This document shows positions 46,628 through 56,601 of a stretch of 64,000 nt of DNA, in pieces. The notes under the pieces are model-generated. The model made no database searches, was not told where the DNA came from, and saw nothing but the letters and a program-made list of their open reading frames with translations. Positions within the stretch are counted from its first letter, which is position 1; every line of letters begins with the position of its first letter. The stretch lies in the NCBI GenBank assembly GCA_963707865.1, contig OY970175.1:489493-553492 (forward strand). The letters are read 5' to 3'. The position numbers and the translations under genes are program-made. This stretch comes from an uncultured bacterium (GTDB taxonomy: Bacteria; Patescibacteriota; Minisyncoccia; UBA6257; 2-01-FULL-56-20).

Positions 46628-46654
46628 GGTTCTCCCGTCGTCCAGCCGCCGAGC
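46628..46654 (+). repeat. 28-bp repeat, copy R11 (1-nt deletion)
   Basis: ggttctcccgtcgtccagccgccgagc. Confidence 0.7.
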
Positions 46655-46665
46655 CGTTAATTTCA

Positions 46666-47460
46666 CTACTGTTCCATAAACCCAACCGTAGCGGGAATAT
46701 CCCCCTTAAATGACACTTGGTCGCCGGCTCCGATGTGAGCCGACTCGCTTTTGATTCCTGCTTCATCCAAACGGTTCTGCGCAAAATCCAAAATCACTTT
46801 TTGATTATCGGTGAAAACGCTCACTGGCACCGGTAGCCGGCCTATTTCCAGCTTCTGCAGTCCACCACTTATTTCCCCGTTCGCCACATCCACACTCCCT
46901 TTAATATAAATAGGCGGGTTGGGGGCAAAGACGCTTACCTTATCCAGCCAAAATTTGACATCATTCATACTGATACCAGTTGCGGCGGCATAGCCGTAGA
47001 TCCTGTCGGTGCGCAATATTCCGGAAAGTTCCGCCGTTCCGTCAGAATTGAAACGAACTTGCGCATCGGAAATCGGATAGTATTTCCACATTTTTTCCTG
47101 CAGAGCCATCAATGCCGTCAACTCTTTATCGGTAAATGTTGCGTCTATCGCCTTGCTTCCCGTCAATGAATACGTTGCGATTGACCCGGTCGGCAATGAC
47201 ATGTAGCGAATGCCTGTTTTTGCCTGGATTGACCCGCTATCCCCGGAATCGGGCACAACACCCAAATCCCTGGGCTTATCGGACCCGAAAATTTTGGATA
47301 CTCCCGGCACGAATCCTAGATAACCTAGCACCAACACGAGAACCACCAAAACGGTGATTACTGCATAAAGTAATTTTTTTGCTATCCCTCCTCTCCGGGA
47401 TGTTACCGCCAATTGTTCATTCATGGTGCGAGAGTGAATACTATTTTTGCCCTTGCTCAT
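46666..47460 (-). CDS. Membrane-anchored hypothetical protein
   Basis: Start moved to MSKGKN. The ORF-track N-terminus MKHAPAAGRYES is simply the reverse translation of repeat R12. TM helix LLYAVITVLVVLVLVLGYLGF. Confidence 0.45.
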   Translation of the reverse strand: MSKGKNSIHSRTMNEQLAVTSRRGGIAKKLLYAVITVLVVLVLVLGYLGFVPGVSKIFGSDKPRDLGVVPDSGDSGSIQAKTGIRYMSLPTGSIATYSLTGSKAIDATFTDKELTALMALQEKMWKYYPISDAQVRFNSDGTAELSGILRTDRIYGYAAATGISMNDVKFWLDKVSVFAPNPPIYIKGSVDVANGEISGGLQKLEIGRLPVPVSVFTDNQKVILDFAQNRLDEAGIKSESAHIGAGDQVSFKGDIPATVGFMEQ

Positions 47461-47474
47461 AGTATACCACCTTG

Positions 47475-47502
47475 GGCTCTCATATCGTCCAGCCGCCGGA
47501 GC
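47475..47502 (+). repeat. 28-bp repeat, copy R12
   Basis: gggctctcatatcgtccagccgccggagc, directly abutting the IS481-family element. Confidence 0.75.
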
Positions 47503-48505
47503 ATGTTTCATGTCCGTACATTTGTCCCCTCGATAGATTGAAGATATTCGACCGGCGTCTTTCCGGCAAGGGCAAGGTGAGGACAGATGGTATTGTACCA
47601 GGCACAGTAAGCGGCCTGTTTTTGTTTTGCCTCGGCCACGGTGCGGAACGCCACCTTGTTCCAGAACCGTTCCCGGTCGTTGCGGTGGGAACGTTCCACC
47701 TTGCCGTTCTGCGCGGGATGCCCGGGAGCGATGAGATAGTGGACCATCTTCTGTTTTGCGCAGGCGAGGTCGAACGGATGCAACCGCGGCTTCATGGGGT
47801 CAGCTGATTTCGGATATCCTATGTAGCGATTCGTAAAGATGGATCCGTTGTCGGTCTTCACCGCACGGATGCGGAACGGTGCGGCCGCAATGACCCTTTC
47901 GAGAAACAGGATCGCGGTTCTCGTGGATTGTTCCTGGGTTACCCACAGATGCCGCCACCGGGTGCAGCAGTCGATCGCGGTGAACTGGTAGAGCCAGTTG
48001 CCCTTGAATTTCCTCACGTAGACGACGTCGATCTCCACCATCTCGCCGGGGAACGTGGCCGTCGGTTTCCACTTTTCCTTGGGCGTGAGACGCTTCTTCG
48101 TACGCGAGAGGCCTTCACGCTTCAATACTTTTGCAATGCCGCGTGCCGAGAGCCGCATGCCTTCGCGGGCGAGGAGGTGTACGAGCACGTCCGGACCGAG
48201 ATCGGTCTCCGTTCTCATAGTCCGGATCTTTTTCACGATATCTCGCGAAAACTGTTTTGGGTGTGCGTGCGGCCTGCGCGATCTGGGCACGAGGGCGCTC
48301 GCCCCGCCACTGCGATATGCCGCCACCCAACGCTTCAGCGTACGGTATGAAAATGGTGCGTGGGCAGCAATGGCCTTGATGCTCATCTCTTTTTCAAGAT
48401 GCGGCCTGATCCACCGCATTCGTTCCTCCGCTGCGTCTTTGGCAAGTGTTTGTGGCATATTCCCCAGCTTACGCTTCGAGGGGCCATATGTATGTGCAGA
48501 GTACC
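47495..48505 (-). mobile_element. IS481-family insertion sequence (distinct from the 57.4/63.1 kb copies)
   Basis: Carries the 316-aa DDE transposase. Imperfect terminal inverted repeats of the type TGTCCGTACAT / ATGTATGTGCA. Exact ends are uncertain. Confidence 0.5.
47508..48458 (-). CDS. IS481-family DDE transposase
   Basis: N-terminal HTH, integrase catalytic core with DNGSIFTN...NGKVERSH. Confidence 0.85.
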   Translation of the reverse strand: MPQTLAKDAAEERMRWIRPHLEKEMSIKAIAAHAPFSYRTLKRWVAAYRSGGASALVPRSRRPHAHPKQFSRDIVKKIRTMRTETDLGPDVLVHLLAREGMRLSARGIAKVLKREGLSRTKKRLTPKEKWKPTATFPGEMVEIDVVYVRKFKGNWLYQFTAIDCCTRWRHLWVTQEQSTRTAILFLERVIAAAPFRIRAVKTDNGSIFTNRYIGYPKSADPMKPRLHPFDLACAKQKMVHYLIAPGHPAQNGKVERSHRNDRERFWNKVAFRTVAEAKQKQAAYCAWYNTICPHLALAGKTPVEYLQSIEGTNVRT

Positions 48506-48616
48506 AGCACTAATTGACGGATTAACGGCCTTGTGCTACAACACTAAATCACGGGATCGTGGCGGCGAGGACGCCTGATTCATCAAAAAAGAGTCTTTCT
48601 ATAATACAATAACGAC

Positions 48617-50452
48617 ATGTGCGGAATCGTTGGCTATATCGGAGATAGAGATGCCCTGCCCATTCTTATGGATGGCATCAAAAAGTTGGAGTATCGAGGA
48701 TACGATTCCGCCGGGATCGCGATCCTTTCAGAGAGCGGTGTACGAACGGCCAAAGCAGTGGGCCGCGTGTCAAACCTTGAGGCAAAAATAAAAAACGGAG
48801 ATTTTTCTGGCAGATCCGGGATCGTCCATTCGCGCTGGGCGACGCACGGTGGAGCGACGGAAAAGAACGCGCATCCTCATGCGGACTGCAACGAACTATT
48901 ATGGATCGTCCACAACGGCATCATAGAAAACCACAAAGAGCTGAGGGCGCACCTTATAAAATCAGGACATGTCTTCCGCTCCGAGACGGACACGGAGGTG
49001 CTCGCGCACCTGATCGAAGAAAAGCGCAAAGGGAAAACAATCCCGCTTGAAGAGGCGGTGAGCGAGGCACTCAAGGAGATCCGTGGAACCTACGGCATCG
49101 TGGTCCTCGATGTCCAAGATAAGAACAAACTTGTCGCGGCGCGCAATTTTAGTCCCCTTCTTGTTGGTCTCGGCAAAAATGAATACTTCGTGGCTTCCGA
49201 CGCCTCGCCTATCATTCGGCATACAAGGGACGTGGTATATCTACAGAACGGGGAGATGGCGATCCTCGAGCGGAACGGCTATCGGATCGTAACGCTCGAC
49301 AATCAAAGCGTAAACCGCCCTGCTTCAGTCATAGAATGGAGCACGGAAGAGGCGGAAAAGGGCGGTTATCCTCATTTCATGCTGAAAGAGATCATGGAAC
49401 AGCCTGAGGCGATCCAAAACTCGCTTCGCGGCAGGCTGGTCGCGGATCAGGGCCTTGCGAAGCTCGGCGGGTTGGACAGTGTAGTCGAACGCGTTCGCGA
49501 GATCCGGCGGCTGTTCATCGTCGGATGCGGGACGGCCTATTTCGCGGGACGAGTGGGCGAATACATGCTTGAAGAATACGCGGGAGTCCCCGTCAAAACC
49601 GATATTGCTTCCGAATTCCGCTATCGCAAACCCGTTTTCCGCGAAGGAGACGCCTTGCTAGTCCTTTCCCAATCGGGAGAAACCGCCGACACGCTTGCGG
49701 CCCTCGGCGAAGCGAAACGAAAGGGCGTGCTCACGCTTGGGATCGTGAACGCCGTCGGTTCGACGATCACTCGGGAAACGGATGCGGGCATCTATCAGCA
49801 CATTGGCCCCGAGATCGGGGTTGCCTCCACCAAGGCATTCACTTCCCAAGTCTCCCTCCTTGCCCTGCTCACGGTCTTCATGGGACGCCAGCGGGAAATG
49901 TCCCTCGCAACGGGCAAGCGCATCGTTGAGGAACTTGCCCTGATCCCGGAAAAAATAGCGCGCATCCTCTCGCAGCGGGACCGCATCAAAGAGATCGCAA
50001 AACGACACGTGGGAGCGCGGAATTTTTTCTATCTGGGACGGAAATACAATCTTCCCGTCGCGCTCGAAGGCGCTCTGAAAATAAAGGAGATCTCGTACGT
50101 GCATGCGGAAGGCTGTGGCTCTGGCGAACTGAAGCACGGCCCCATTGCGCTCATCGAGCCGGGATTCCCTTCGGTATACATCGTGCCGCACGATTCCGTA
50201 CGTGATAAGAACCTTTCGAACCTGCAGGAGATCCGGGCCCGGGGCGGGACGATACTCGCCGTCGCGACGGAAGGAGACAAAGAAATTGAAGAGTTTGCGG
50301 AGGATGTTATCTATATACCGAAAACGCTTGAAATGCTCACTCCGATCCTCGCGGTAGTTCCTTTGCAACTACTCGCCTACGAGTCGGGAGTCGCTCGGGG
50401 ACACGACGTAGACAAGCCCCGGAATTTGGCGAAGAGTGTGACTGTCGAGTGA
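48617..50452 (+). CDS. glmS: Glutamine--fructose-6-phosphate aminotransferase
   Basis: N-terminal MCGIVGYIG (Ntn Cys). Two SIS domains. C-terminal ...KSVTVE. Confidence 0.9.
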   Translation: MCGIVGYIGDRDALPILMDGIKKLEYRGYDSAGIAILSESGVRTAKAVGRVSNLEAKIKNGDFSGRSGIVHSRWATHGGATEKNAHPHADCNELLWIVHNGIIENHKELRAHLIKSGHVFRSETDTEVLAHLIEEKRKGKTIPLEEAVSEALKEIRGTYGIVVLDVQDKNKLVAARNFSPLLVGLGKNEYFVASDASPIIRHTRDVVYLQNGEMAILERNGYRIVTLDNQSVNRPASVIEWSTEEAEKGGYPHFMLKEIMEQPEAIQNSLRGRLVADQGLAKLGGLDSVVERVREIRRLFIVGCGTAYFAGRVGEYMLEEYAGVPVKTDIASEFRYRKPVFREGDALLVLSQSGETADTLAALGEAKRKGVLTLGIVNAVGSTITRETDAGIYQHIGPEIGVASTKAFTSQVSLLALLTVFMGRQREMSLATGKRIVEELALIPEKIARILSQRDRIKEIAKRHVGARNFFYLGRKYNLPVALEGALKIKEISYVHAEGCGSGELKHGPIALIEPGFPSVYIVPHDSVRDKNLSNLQEIRARGGTILAVATEGDKEIEEFAEDVIYIPKTLEMLTPILAVVPLQLLAYESGVARGHDVDKPRNLAKSVTVE

Positions 50453-50457
50453 GTTAA

Positions 50458-50862
50458 TTGGAGCTTAGTTCGAGCATCGGCGCCGGAGCGGATATTGTAA
50501 TAGTTTGGAAAATAGCTCAGAATGAATTTATGAAAACCTCCCCTCGAACCGTCGGATTCGTTCAGGCTGCCGGTTTGACATTATACGTGAGTCTTTTCGC
50601 CGTGTTCATCCAGCAAGCGCAAAGTTGGTTCTTATTTCACGGCGTTCAAGCTAGTCCTGCTATGAGCATCGTCCTTTTCCTGCTCGCCTTTGTCATCTCG
50701 GCGCTCATCTGTGGCTCGCTGATCCTGGGCTACCCGCTTCTGCTTTTCTCTTCCGGCCAGCACAACGAGGCGATGAAAATCGTTCTCTGGAGTCTCCTTT
50801 GGCTCGTCGTCCTAGCCCTCTGCATCGCGCTTATTGGTTTCTCTTTCCTGTCGAGGTTCTAA
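50458..50862 (+). CDS. Small membrane protein (4 TM)
   Basis: A hydrophobic 134-aa ORF. Its stop codon lies within repeat R13. Confidence 0.45.
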   Translation: MELSSSIGAGADIVIVWKIAQNEFMKTSPRTVGFVQAAGLTLYVSLFAVFIQQAQSWFLFHGVQASPAMSIVLFLLAFVISALICGSLILGYPLLLFSSGQHNEAMKIVLWSLLWLVVLALCIALIGFSFLSRF

Positions 50863-50882
50863 CGTCCTCCAGCCGCCGGAGC
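50855..50882 (+). repeat. 28-bp repeat, copy R13
   Basis: ggttctaacgtcctccagccgccggagc. Confidence 0.8.
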
Positions 50883-50909
50883 GGAGAAAAAAAGTAGCCG
50901 CGGGAAACA

Positions 50910-51479
50910 TCATTTCGCAGCTACTCGAGCCATACGCAGCCACTTTCCGATCAGTGACTGCTGTTCATTGTCCGGTGGCGGTCCCAGGCGACTTCGAAAC
51001 TTCTTGCCAGGTCCTTGCAGAGTCCAACTCACCGACTCCGCAAAGTCCCCGGCGCCAAAGAGGTAATCCGGACAAGTCCTGCTCAACGACGGCGGATACC
51101 AAGGCGTATCCGGTGGCAACTTGCGAAGTGTAAGCCACTCGCGCCGCATCTCGGCAGTAAGGAATTGTATATCAAAGCTGTGTGCAAGCTCATGAACAAT
51201 CGTCGCAGCCACAACTTCCGGCGACTGTGAGGGACGAATCCAGATATCAATAGTACGTCGCTTGGGATCACAAAGACCAAGGAGATTGGGCCGCCCTTGG
51301 TAGAATTTAATTTTCCACTCAGGAAGTATGGGCCACCAATCCCAATTTACTTTCTTCAGGGCTTCCTGGCCCACGTGTTCATAACGAAGAGCTGATGGGG
51401 GTTTCTGAAAATTTGTTTGGGCAAACGACGATATCGTCGCTATACCCACAAGAAGCATAAGCAGGACTGGACGCTTCAT
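50910..51479 (-). CDS. Secreted HExxH zinc-metallopeptidase-like protein (paralog of 35745-36317)
   Basis: MKRPVLLMLLVGIATISSFAQ...IVHELAHSFD. The whole repeat-to-repeat cassette is duplicated. Confidence 0.6.
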   Translation of the reverse strand: MKRPVLLMLLVGIATISSFAQTNFQKPPSALRYEHVGQEALKKVNWDWWPILPEWKIKFYQGRPNLLGLCDPKRRTIDIWIRPSQSPEVVAATIVHELAHSFDIQFLTAEMRREWLTLRKLPPDTPWYPPSLSRTCPDYLFGAGDFAESVSWTLQGPGKKFRSRLGPPPDNEQQSLIGKWLRMARVAAK

Positions 51480-51566
51480 CGTTGGCCTCCTCTAGTGAAT
51501 TCGTTTCCAAGACCTATCTTCCTTGTAGCTCGCTATTGATTAACTCGTCAAGGGATAAAGTAAGCA

Positions 51567-51594
51567 GGTTCTCACATCGTCCAGCCGCCGGAGC
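51567..51594 (+). repeat. 28-bp repeat, copy R14
   Basis: ggttctcacatcgtccagccgccggagc, consensus copy. Confidence 0.85.
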
Positions 51595-51652
51595 ATATGT
51601 GCTATAATGAGCGTCAAGGTCGAAAAGATAATTTTCGAAAGTAAATACTATT

Positions 51653-51847
51653 ATGAAAGCACTTGCTTGCAGGGATATGGGTGTAGATTGCGATTTTGTT
51701 GCCAAAGCCGATACCGCAGAAGAGACAGTGAAAATGGCAACGGATCATGCACTGAAGGCTCATGCGGAAAAGATTGCCGAGATGTCAAAAACGATGTCTC
51801 AAGATGAAATGACAAAGGTAATGATGTCCAAGGTAAAGGATGTGTAA
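51653..51847 (+). CDS. DUF1059 small metal-binding protein
   Basis: MKALACRDMGVDCDFVAKADTAEETVKMATDHALKAH is the characteristic DUF1059 pattern. Confidence 0.6.
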   Translation: MKALACRDMGVDCDFVAKADTAEETVKMATDHALKAHAEKIAEMSKTMSQDEMTKVMMSKVKDV

Positions 51848-51851
51848 ATAA

Positions 51852-51883
51852 AAACCGCCGGAATCCCCCGGCGGTTTTTTTAA
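51852..51883 (+). terminator. Rho-independent terminator
   Basis: aaaccgccggaatcccccggcgg followed by ttttttt. Confidence 0.65.
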
Positions 51884-51916
51884 TTCTTTTAGATTGATGT
51901 TCGTCAACCTCGCCCA

Positions 51917-51944
51917 GGCTCCCACATCGTCCAGCCGCCGGAGC
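51917..51944 (+). repeat. 28-bp repeat, copy R15
   Basis: ggctcccacatcgtccagccgccggagc. Confidence 0.75.
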
Positions 51945-51970
51945 CACGATCGTGGTGGTACAATTAATCC

Positions 51971-52864
51971 GTGAACAAGTCACCACTTAATTGGAGGAGG
52001 GTGTCTTTGGCCTCGGTGGGAGGAACACTCGTGGTCATGGCAATACTCTTCGGAGCATACCGCTACTCAAAACTCGAGCAACAGAAAACTGCTCTTGAAC
52101 AAAGCGTCGCGGTGCTGCAAACAGAAGTTGCGGGACTTGAACAATCACTTACGACGAGCCGCACAACGCTCAATGAGACCATTCAAACATTGCAGGCGGA
52201 GCAAAATAGAAACAATGCCTTCTCATCCCAAATCAACCAACTTTCGGGAACGGTGACAACCCTGCAAAGATTGACCGCAACAGACCCACAGCTTCTTGAA
52301 AAATACTCCAAGGTCTACTTTTTGAATGATAACTACGTACCCGCTTCGCTCTCGGCCATTGACTCCCAATACCTCTTTGACAAGAACAGGCCGGAACTTG
52401 TCCTCGGGGGAGTGCTGCCGTATCTCCAAGGACTTCTTGCAGCGGCCGCGCGCGATGGCGTCACACTGCAGATCGTCTCGGCGTACCGCTCCTTCTATGA
52501 ACAAGCATCCTTGAAATTGGGCTACAAGATCGTATATGGAGCGGGAACGGCAAACCAGTTCTCGGCCGAACAAGGTTATTCCGAGCACCAGCTGGGCACG
52601 GCGGTGGACTTCTCCACTCCAGAGGTCAAAAACACCTTTTTGGACTTCGCGACGTCGACCGCATACCGATGGCTCACGGATAACGCGTATCGATATGGAT
52701 TCATCCTTTCCTATCCGCCGAACAATACCTATTATCAATTTGAACCATGGCACTGGCGCTTTGTGGGCGTTACGCTCGCGACCATGCTCCATGTGAACAA
52801 TGAATACTTCTACAACTTGAGCCAGCGCGACATCAATCAGTATCTCATTTCATTTTTTGACTAG
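51971..52864 (+). CDS. M15B-family D-Ala-D-Ala carboxypeptidase (VanY-like) with N-terminal TM and coiled coil
   Basis: LAS metallopeptidase motifs ...YSEHQLGTAVDF... and ...EPWHW.... Confidence 0.65.
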   Translation: MNKSPLNWRRVSLASVGGTLVVMAILFGAYRYSKLEQQKTALEQSVAVLQTEVAGLEQSLTTSRTTLNETIQTLQAEQNRNNAFSSQINQLSGTVTTLQRLTATDPQLLEKYSKVYFLNDNYVPASLSAIDSQYLFDKNRPELVLGGVLPYLQGLLAAAARDGVTLQIVSAYRSFYEQASLKLGYKIVYGAGTANQFSAEQGYSEHQLGTAVDFSTPEVKNTFLDFATSTAYRWLTDNAYRYGFILSYPPNNTYYQFEPWHWRFVGVTLATMLHVNNEYFYNLSQRDINQYLISFFD

Positions 52865-52968
52865 AACCCATCTCAAAAATAGACACATGAGGATTATGAA
52901 CTATTTTCCAGCGAGAAACGTGAATCCCGACGAAGGAATACCTTCTCACGGGAATACAATATGAGGAT

Positions 52969-53493
52969 ATGAATAGAAAAATTATCTTGTTGATCGCTCT
53001 CGCTGTCGTCGTCATCTCAGGAGGGGCGTATTGGTATCTTACCCAAACCGAACCGGTGCGTACGGCATGCACCCAGGAAGCAAAACTGTGTCCTGATGGG
53101 AGTTACGTAGCGCGACAGGGTCCGAATTGCGAGTTCGCCGCATGCCCCGGCGTATCATCCACCGCAACGTCCGCGAAACCCATGGGAAGCGGCATCCACG
53201 GCACGGTAATGCTTGGGCCAACCTGCCCGGTGGAACGCATCCCTCCGGATCCGAACTGCGCCGATAAACCTTACCAAACGCTCGTTGCGATTTTCCGCGC
53301 GAGCGATCCAGTGCATGCCGTCGTAATCACGGAGAGCGATGCGAGTGGAACTTTCTCGGCATCTCTACCGCCAGGCGAATACCTAATAGGCGCGGGTGAA
53401 AGTAATTTACCGCGCTGCAACCAGGTCCAGATTGCGGTTCCAGAGAACAGTTACACCTCAACGACCATATCGTGCGACACGGGTATACGATAG
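52969..53493 (+). CDS. Secreted hypothetical protein
   Basis: Signal/TM MNRKIILLIALAVVVISGGAYWYL. Cys-containing. No family recognised. Confidence 0.45.
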   Translation: MNRKIILLIALAVVVISGGAYWYLTQTEPVRTACTQEAKLCPDGSYVARQGPNCEFAACPGVSSTATSAKPMGSGIHGTVMLGPTCPVERIPPDPNCADKPYQTLVAIFRASDPVHAVVITESDASGTFSASLPPGEYLIGAGESNLPRCNQVQIAVPENSYTSTTISCDTGIR

Positions 53494-53505
53494 GGCCTGC
53501 ACGCA

Positions 53506-54771
53506 CTATCTCCTCCACCTGGCATTACCAAATTGGCGCGAGCCGGAAGGTGATCGCCGTGGAGGGCCGGAGCGCGGGCTTGAGCGCGAACCCGAGTGCG
53601 GACGGCCGAAACGAGAATGAAATGGTTGGCGGTCCGAAGGCGCAATTGCGCGCACAGGGGGAAGCTCGGGAAGTTTTGAAAGGGGCAGCGTGGAACGGAT
53701 AAGGTGTTCAATGGCGCGCACGTCGCCTTTTTGGTCCGGAGTGGCGAAGGAAATTGCATGCCCCGCGCCGCCTGCGCGCGCCGTGCGGCCGATGCGGTGA
53801 ACGTAATCTTCCGAACTCTGCGGAAGGTCGTAATTCAAAACAAGCTCTATCCCCTGCACGTCAATGCCGCGCGCCGCGATATCGGTTGCGACAAGCACGC
53901 GATACTTGCCGTTTCGAAATCCCTCAAGCGCTTCTTTGCGCTGACCGAGCGAGCGGTTGGCATGCAGTTCCGCAGACGCATAACCCAAGCTGCGTATTCC
54001 CGCCGCGATCTTTTTCGCTCCGTGCTTCGTACGGGAAAATACGAGGACTGAACCGCGATATTCCCCCAGTATTTTTTCCAAGAGTCGCGGCTTGTTGTGC
54101 TTCTCTACAAAGAAAAGCTCTTGGGTAACTTTCTCCACGGTCGTGCCGGACGGCGCGATCTCAACGCGCGTGGGAAGCTTCAAATACACTTGCGCTATCT
54201 TAAGAATGTCGGATGGCATGGTGGCCGAGAAAAGCATCGTCTGCCGCTCGCGGGGAAGAACGGCGAGAATGCGCTTCAATTGCGGCATAAACCCCATGTC
54301 AAGCATCCGATCCGCTTCATCAAGAACAAGAATGCCGACCGATTTCAAGGAGATCGTCTTCTGCTCCAAGTGATCAATGAGCCGCCCCGGCGTGCCGATC
54401 ACGATCTGCGGGTTCCTGCGAAGCGCCTGGATCTGGCGGCCGATGGATTCACCGCCGATCAAAACCGCGGTCCGGATGCCGAGGGGGGTGCCCACCCGGC
54501 GGAACACGTCGTCCACCTGCAACGCGAGCTCACGCGTGGGCACGATGACAAGCTCCTGTTTTCCGCCGAGCGCCGCTTGTATCATGGGCACGCCGAAGGC
54601 AAGCGTTTTCCCCGTTCCCGTCTGTGCGATGCCAATAAGGTCCTTTCCTTCGATAGCCGAAGGGATGCATTTTTCCTGAATGGGCGTGGGAACCGCAAAA
54701 CGAAACTTATCCAACACCTCCAATATGTTCGGAGCGATCCCGAGATTATAAAAGCCAGACGGAGAACCCAT
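53506..54771 (-). CDS. DEAD-box ATP-dependent RNA helicase
   Basis: Q motif, AQTGTGKT, DEAD, SAT, and HRIGRTARAG, with an Arg/Ser-rich C-terminal tail. Confidence 0.85.
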   Translation of the reverse strand: MGSPSGFYNLGIAPNILEVLDKFRFAVPTPIQEKCIPSAIEGKDLIGIAQTGTGKTLAFGVPMIQAALGGKQELVIVPTRELALQVDDVFRRVGTPLGIRTAVLIGGESIGRQIQALRRNPQIVIGTPGRLIDHLEQKTISLKSVGILVLDEADRMLDMGFMPQLKRILAVLPRERQTMLFSATMPSDILKIAQVYLKLPTRVEIAPSGTTVEKVTQELFFVEKHNKPRLLEKILGEYRGSVLVFSRTKHGAKKIAAGIRSLGYASAELHANRSLGQRKEALEGFRNGKYRVLVATDIAARGIDVQGIELVLNYDLPQSSEDYVHRIGRTARAGGAGHAISFATPDQKGDVRAIEHLIRSTLPLSKLPELPPVRAIAPSDRQPFHSRFGRPHSGSRSSPRSGPPRRSPSGSRQFGNARWRR

Positions 54772-54774
54772 TAG

Positions 54775-55170
54775 TTAGTCCACGTTCAACCTCTCGTATA
54801 TTTCACCGGCCAATTTTCTGAACAGTGCCCGTTTTCTCCAGAAAAAGTTGTTCTCGGAAAACTCTTGATTCCGGATCCGACTTAGGTCCCGGACGTTCAT
54901 GTAGCGCGCATGTCCAAGATCCTTATTGGTTTTTATATCAGTATCCTCCAGCCCTTGATAAATTTGCCGCAGATAACCATATTTGGTCGGGATATTGAGC
55001 TCGCGGCTGATCTTCGTGCGGTACGTGAGGCCGTCTGAAAAGGCCGGATTCAGCTCAATATATTCAATAAAACCGTGGATAGCCTCAAAGAGGCCGAATC
55101 CCTCGGGCGCTTGTAAAACCTTTTGAAATTTCTTATCCAGATCAAGTTTTGTCTTTTTAAGGAGTTTCAT
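54775..55170 (-). CDS. Hypothetical protein
   Basis: A 131-aa ORF with no recognisable motif. Confidence 0.4.
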   Translation of the reverse strand: MKLLKKTKLDLDKKFQKVLQAPEGFGLFEAIHGFIEYIELNPAFSDGLTYRTKISRELNIPTKYGYLRQIYQGLEDTDIKTNKDLGHARYMNVRDLSRIRNQEFSENNFFWRKRALFRKLAGEIYERLNVD

Positions 55171-55285
55171 GCTGGTATATGAATACTAACACGTTCCGGA
55201 TCAAAAAGCCACCGGGGTCTCCTCCGCGGCAGATCGCTCTGCTGCGGAGCTTCTTTCCACCTTCTAAGATTGATACAATCAAACC

Positions 55286-55843
55286 ATGGTTGACGAAAGG
55301 GTTCTAGTCATTCCGGGGGCGTTCCAGCTTGTGAAGAACTATGGCGGCTTTGATGGTATTGATATTTGGGTTGCGGACAACGTTCGGAAGAAAATGAAGT
55401 GCCCGACCTTTGTGGTAGCGCACAGTGCCGGGGCAAATTTTGCCCTCACCGCACAGGATTTTTCCAACTGTAAATTCATACTGATAAATCCACTCATAAA
55501 GAAGAGAGGCTTCGCCAACCTCGTGATACGAGACATCCGATACCTGCTCTCCAAAGAGATTGCAATGGAAAAGATCGTACCACCTCATAATTGGTGGTAT
55601 GCACTCAAGAAGGCATATCGATTATCAAAGATAGACGTGCTCGCATGCATCAAGAAAATACCGCGAGAAAATATCGTAATAATAAGAGGAGCAAGGGATA
55701 TTTTTTTCTGCGAAGAGGAATCGGCTGAAATTATCAAAAACGAGAACCTACGGCTCCTCACGGCGGATGCTGGTCATGACTGGAATGAAAATATCGCGAA
55801 TTTGGTCAAAGAAATCGTGAACGCCGGAGAAGATAAAAAGTAA
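55286..55843 (+). CDS. Small alpha/beta-hydrolase-fold serine hydrolase
   Basis: Nucleophile elbow VVAHSAGAN (GxSxG-like) and a C-terminal GHDWN. About 185 aa. Confidence 0.45.
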   Translation: MVDERVLVIPGAFQLVKNYGGFDGIDIWVADNVRKKMKCPTFVVAHSAGANFALTAQDFSNCKFILINPLIKKRGFANLVIRDIRYLLSKEIAMEKIVPPHNWWYALKKAYRLSKIDVLACIKKIPRENIVIIRGARDIFFCEEESAEIIKNENLRLLTADAGHDWNENIANLVKEIVNAGEDKK

Positions 55844-55868
55844 GGATAGCGTGATAAACTAATCTCAA

Positions 55869-56576
55869 TCAAGCCGCCTTGTTCTGCGGATAAATCTTTT
55901 GTCTCACGAGATCGATAAGCTCCTTGGACGGCTGACCGGTCGTAAAATCAATCTTATCGGAAGGAATAACGATAAAATATCCTTTGACGTCGGCGCCAAA
56001 GCTTCTCAGCTTCGTTTTGAACGAGCGGAGGTCGCTGTCAAAAAGCTTTCTGGTTTTCCCGTCCTGAGAGATTTCCACGGGGGCTGGCCCAACCTCGTCC
56101 GTTTCAAAAATGCCGAATGATTCATGAGCGGATCCTTTCACCTGCACTGCATGCTTGGCATCACTCCATAGATCTATTTTTTTGAACGCGTCATCTCTTG
56201 GATGGGAAAATCGTGGCTGAAACCCAAGTTCCTTGAATATCTTATGGGTAGCAACCTGTGTGACGATCCCCCTTTGGAACATATTGAAGTTCTGTTCTTC
56301 TTTCTGGAGCCTCGCCTTCTCCCGCAACCGGCTCCATAGCTCTTTCAATGCAGGAGCGTTCTCCATTTGTGAGGCGACATAGTGCGTTACAAGAAATTGA
56401 TATTCGGTAACATCCTTATATGCCGCGAGAAGCTCTTCTTCGTCTTCTATCTCTTCCATTTTCAATTTTCGCTTGGTCTCTAAGAACGCCGGAAACGAAG
56501 ATATAACCGCAGTCCTTTCTGTAGCTTCTGGAGAGGTTTCCGTTGGTGCGGCAGAAACGGACTTCTCACTAATCAT
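55869..56576 (-). CDS. Hypothetical protein
   Basis: A 235-aa ORF with an acidic N-terminal region. No motif recognised. Confidence 0.4.
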   Translation of the reverse strand: MISEKSVSAAPTETSPEATERTAVISSFPAFLETKRKLKMEEIEDEEELLAAYKDVTEYQFLVTHYVASQMENAPALKELWSRLREKARLQKEEQNFNMFQRGIVTQVATHKIFKELGFQPRFSHPRDDAFKKIDLWSDAKHAVQVKGSAHESFGIFETDEVGPAPVEISQDGKTRKLFDSDLRSFKTKLRSFGADVKGYFIVIPSDKIDFTTGQPSKELIDLVRQKIYPQNKAA

Positions 56577-56601
56577 GTTTATAAGTATACCCCATCAAAC
56601 A

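Noticed and set aside
47461-47511. The N-terminal extension MKHAPAAGRYES of the 46666-47511 ORF.
   Set aside because: These codons are exactly the reverse complement of the conserved 28-bp repeat, so they are a coincidental frame through the repeat. The start was moved to 47460.
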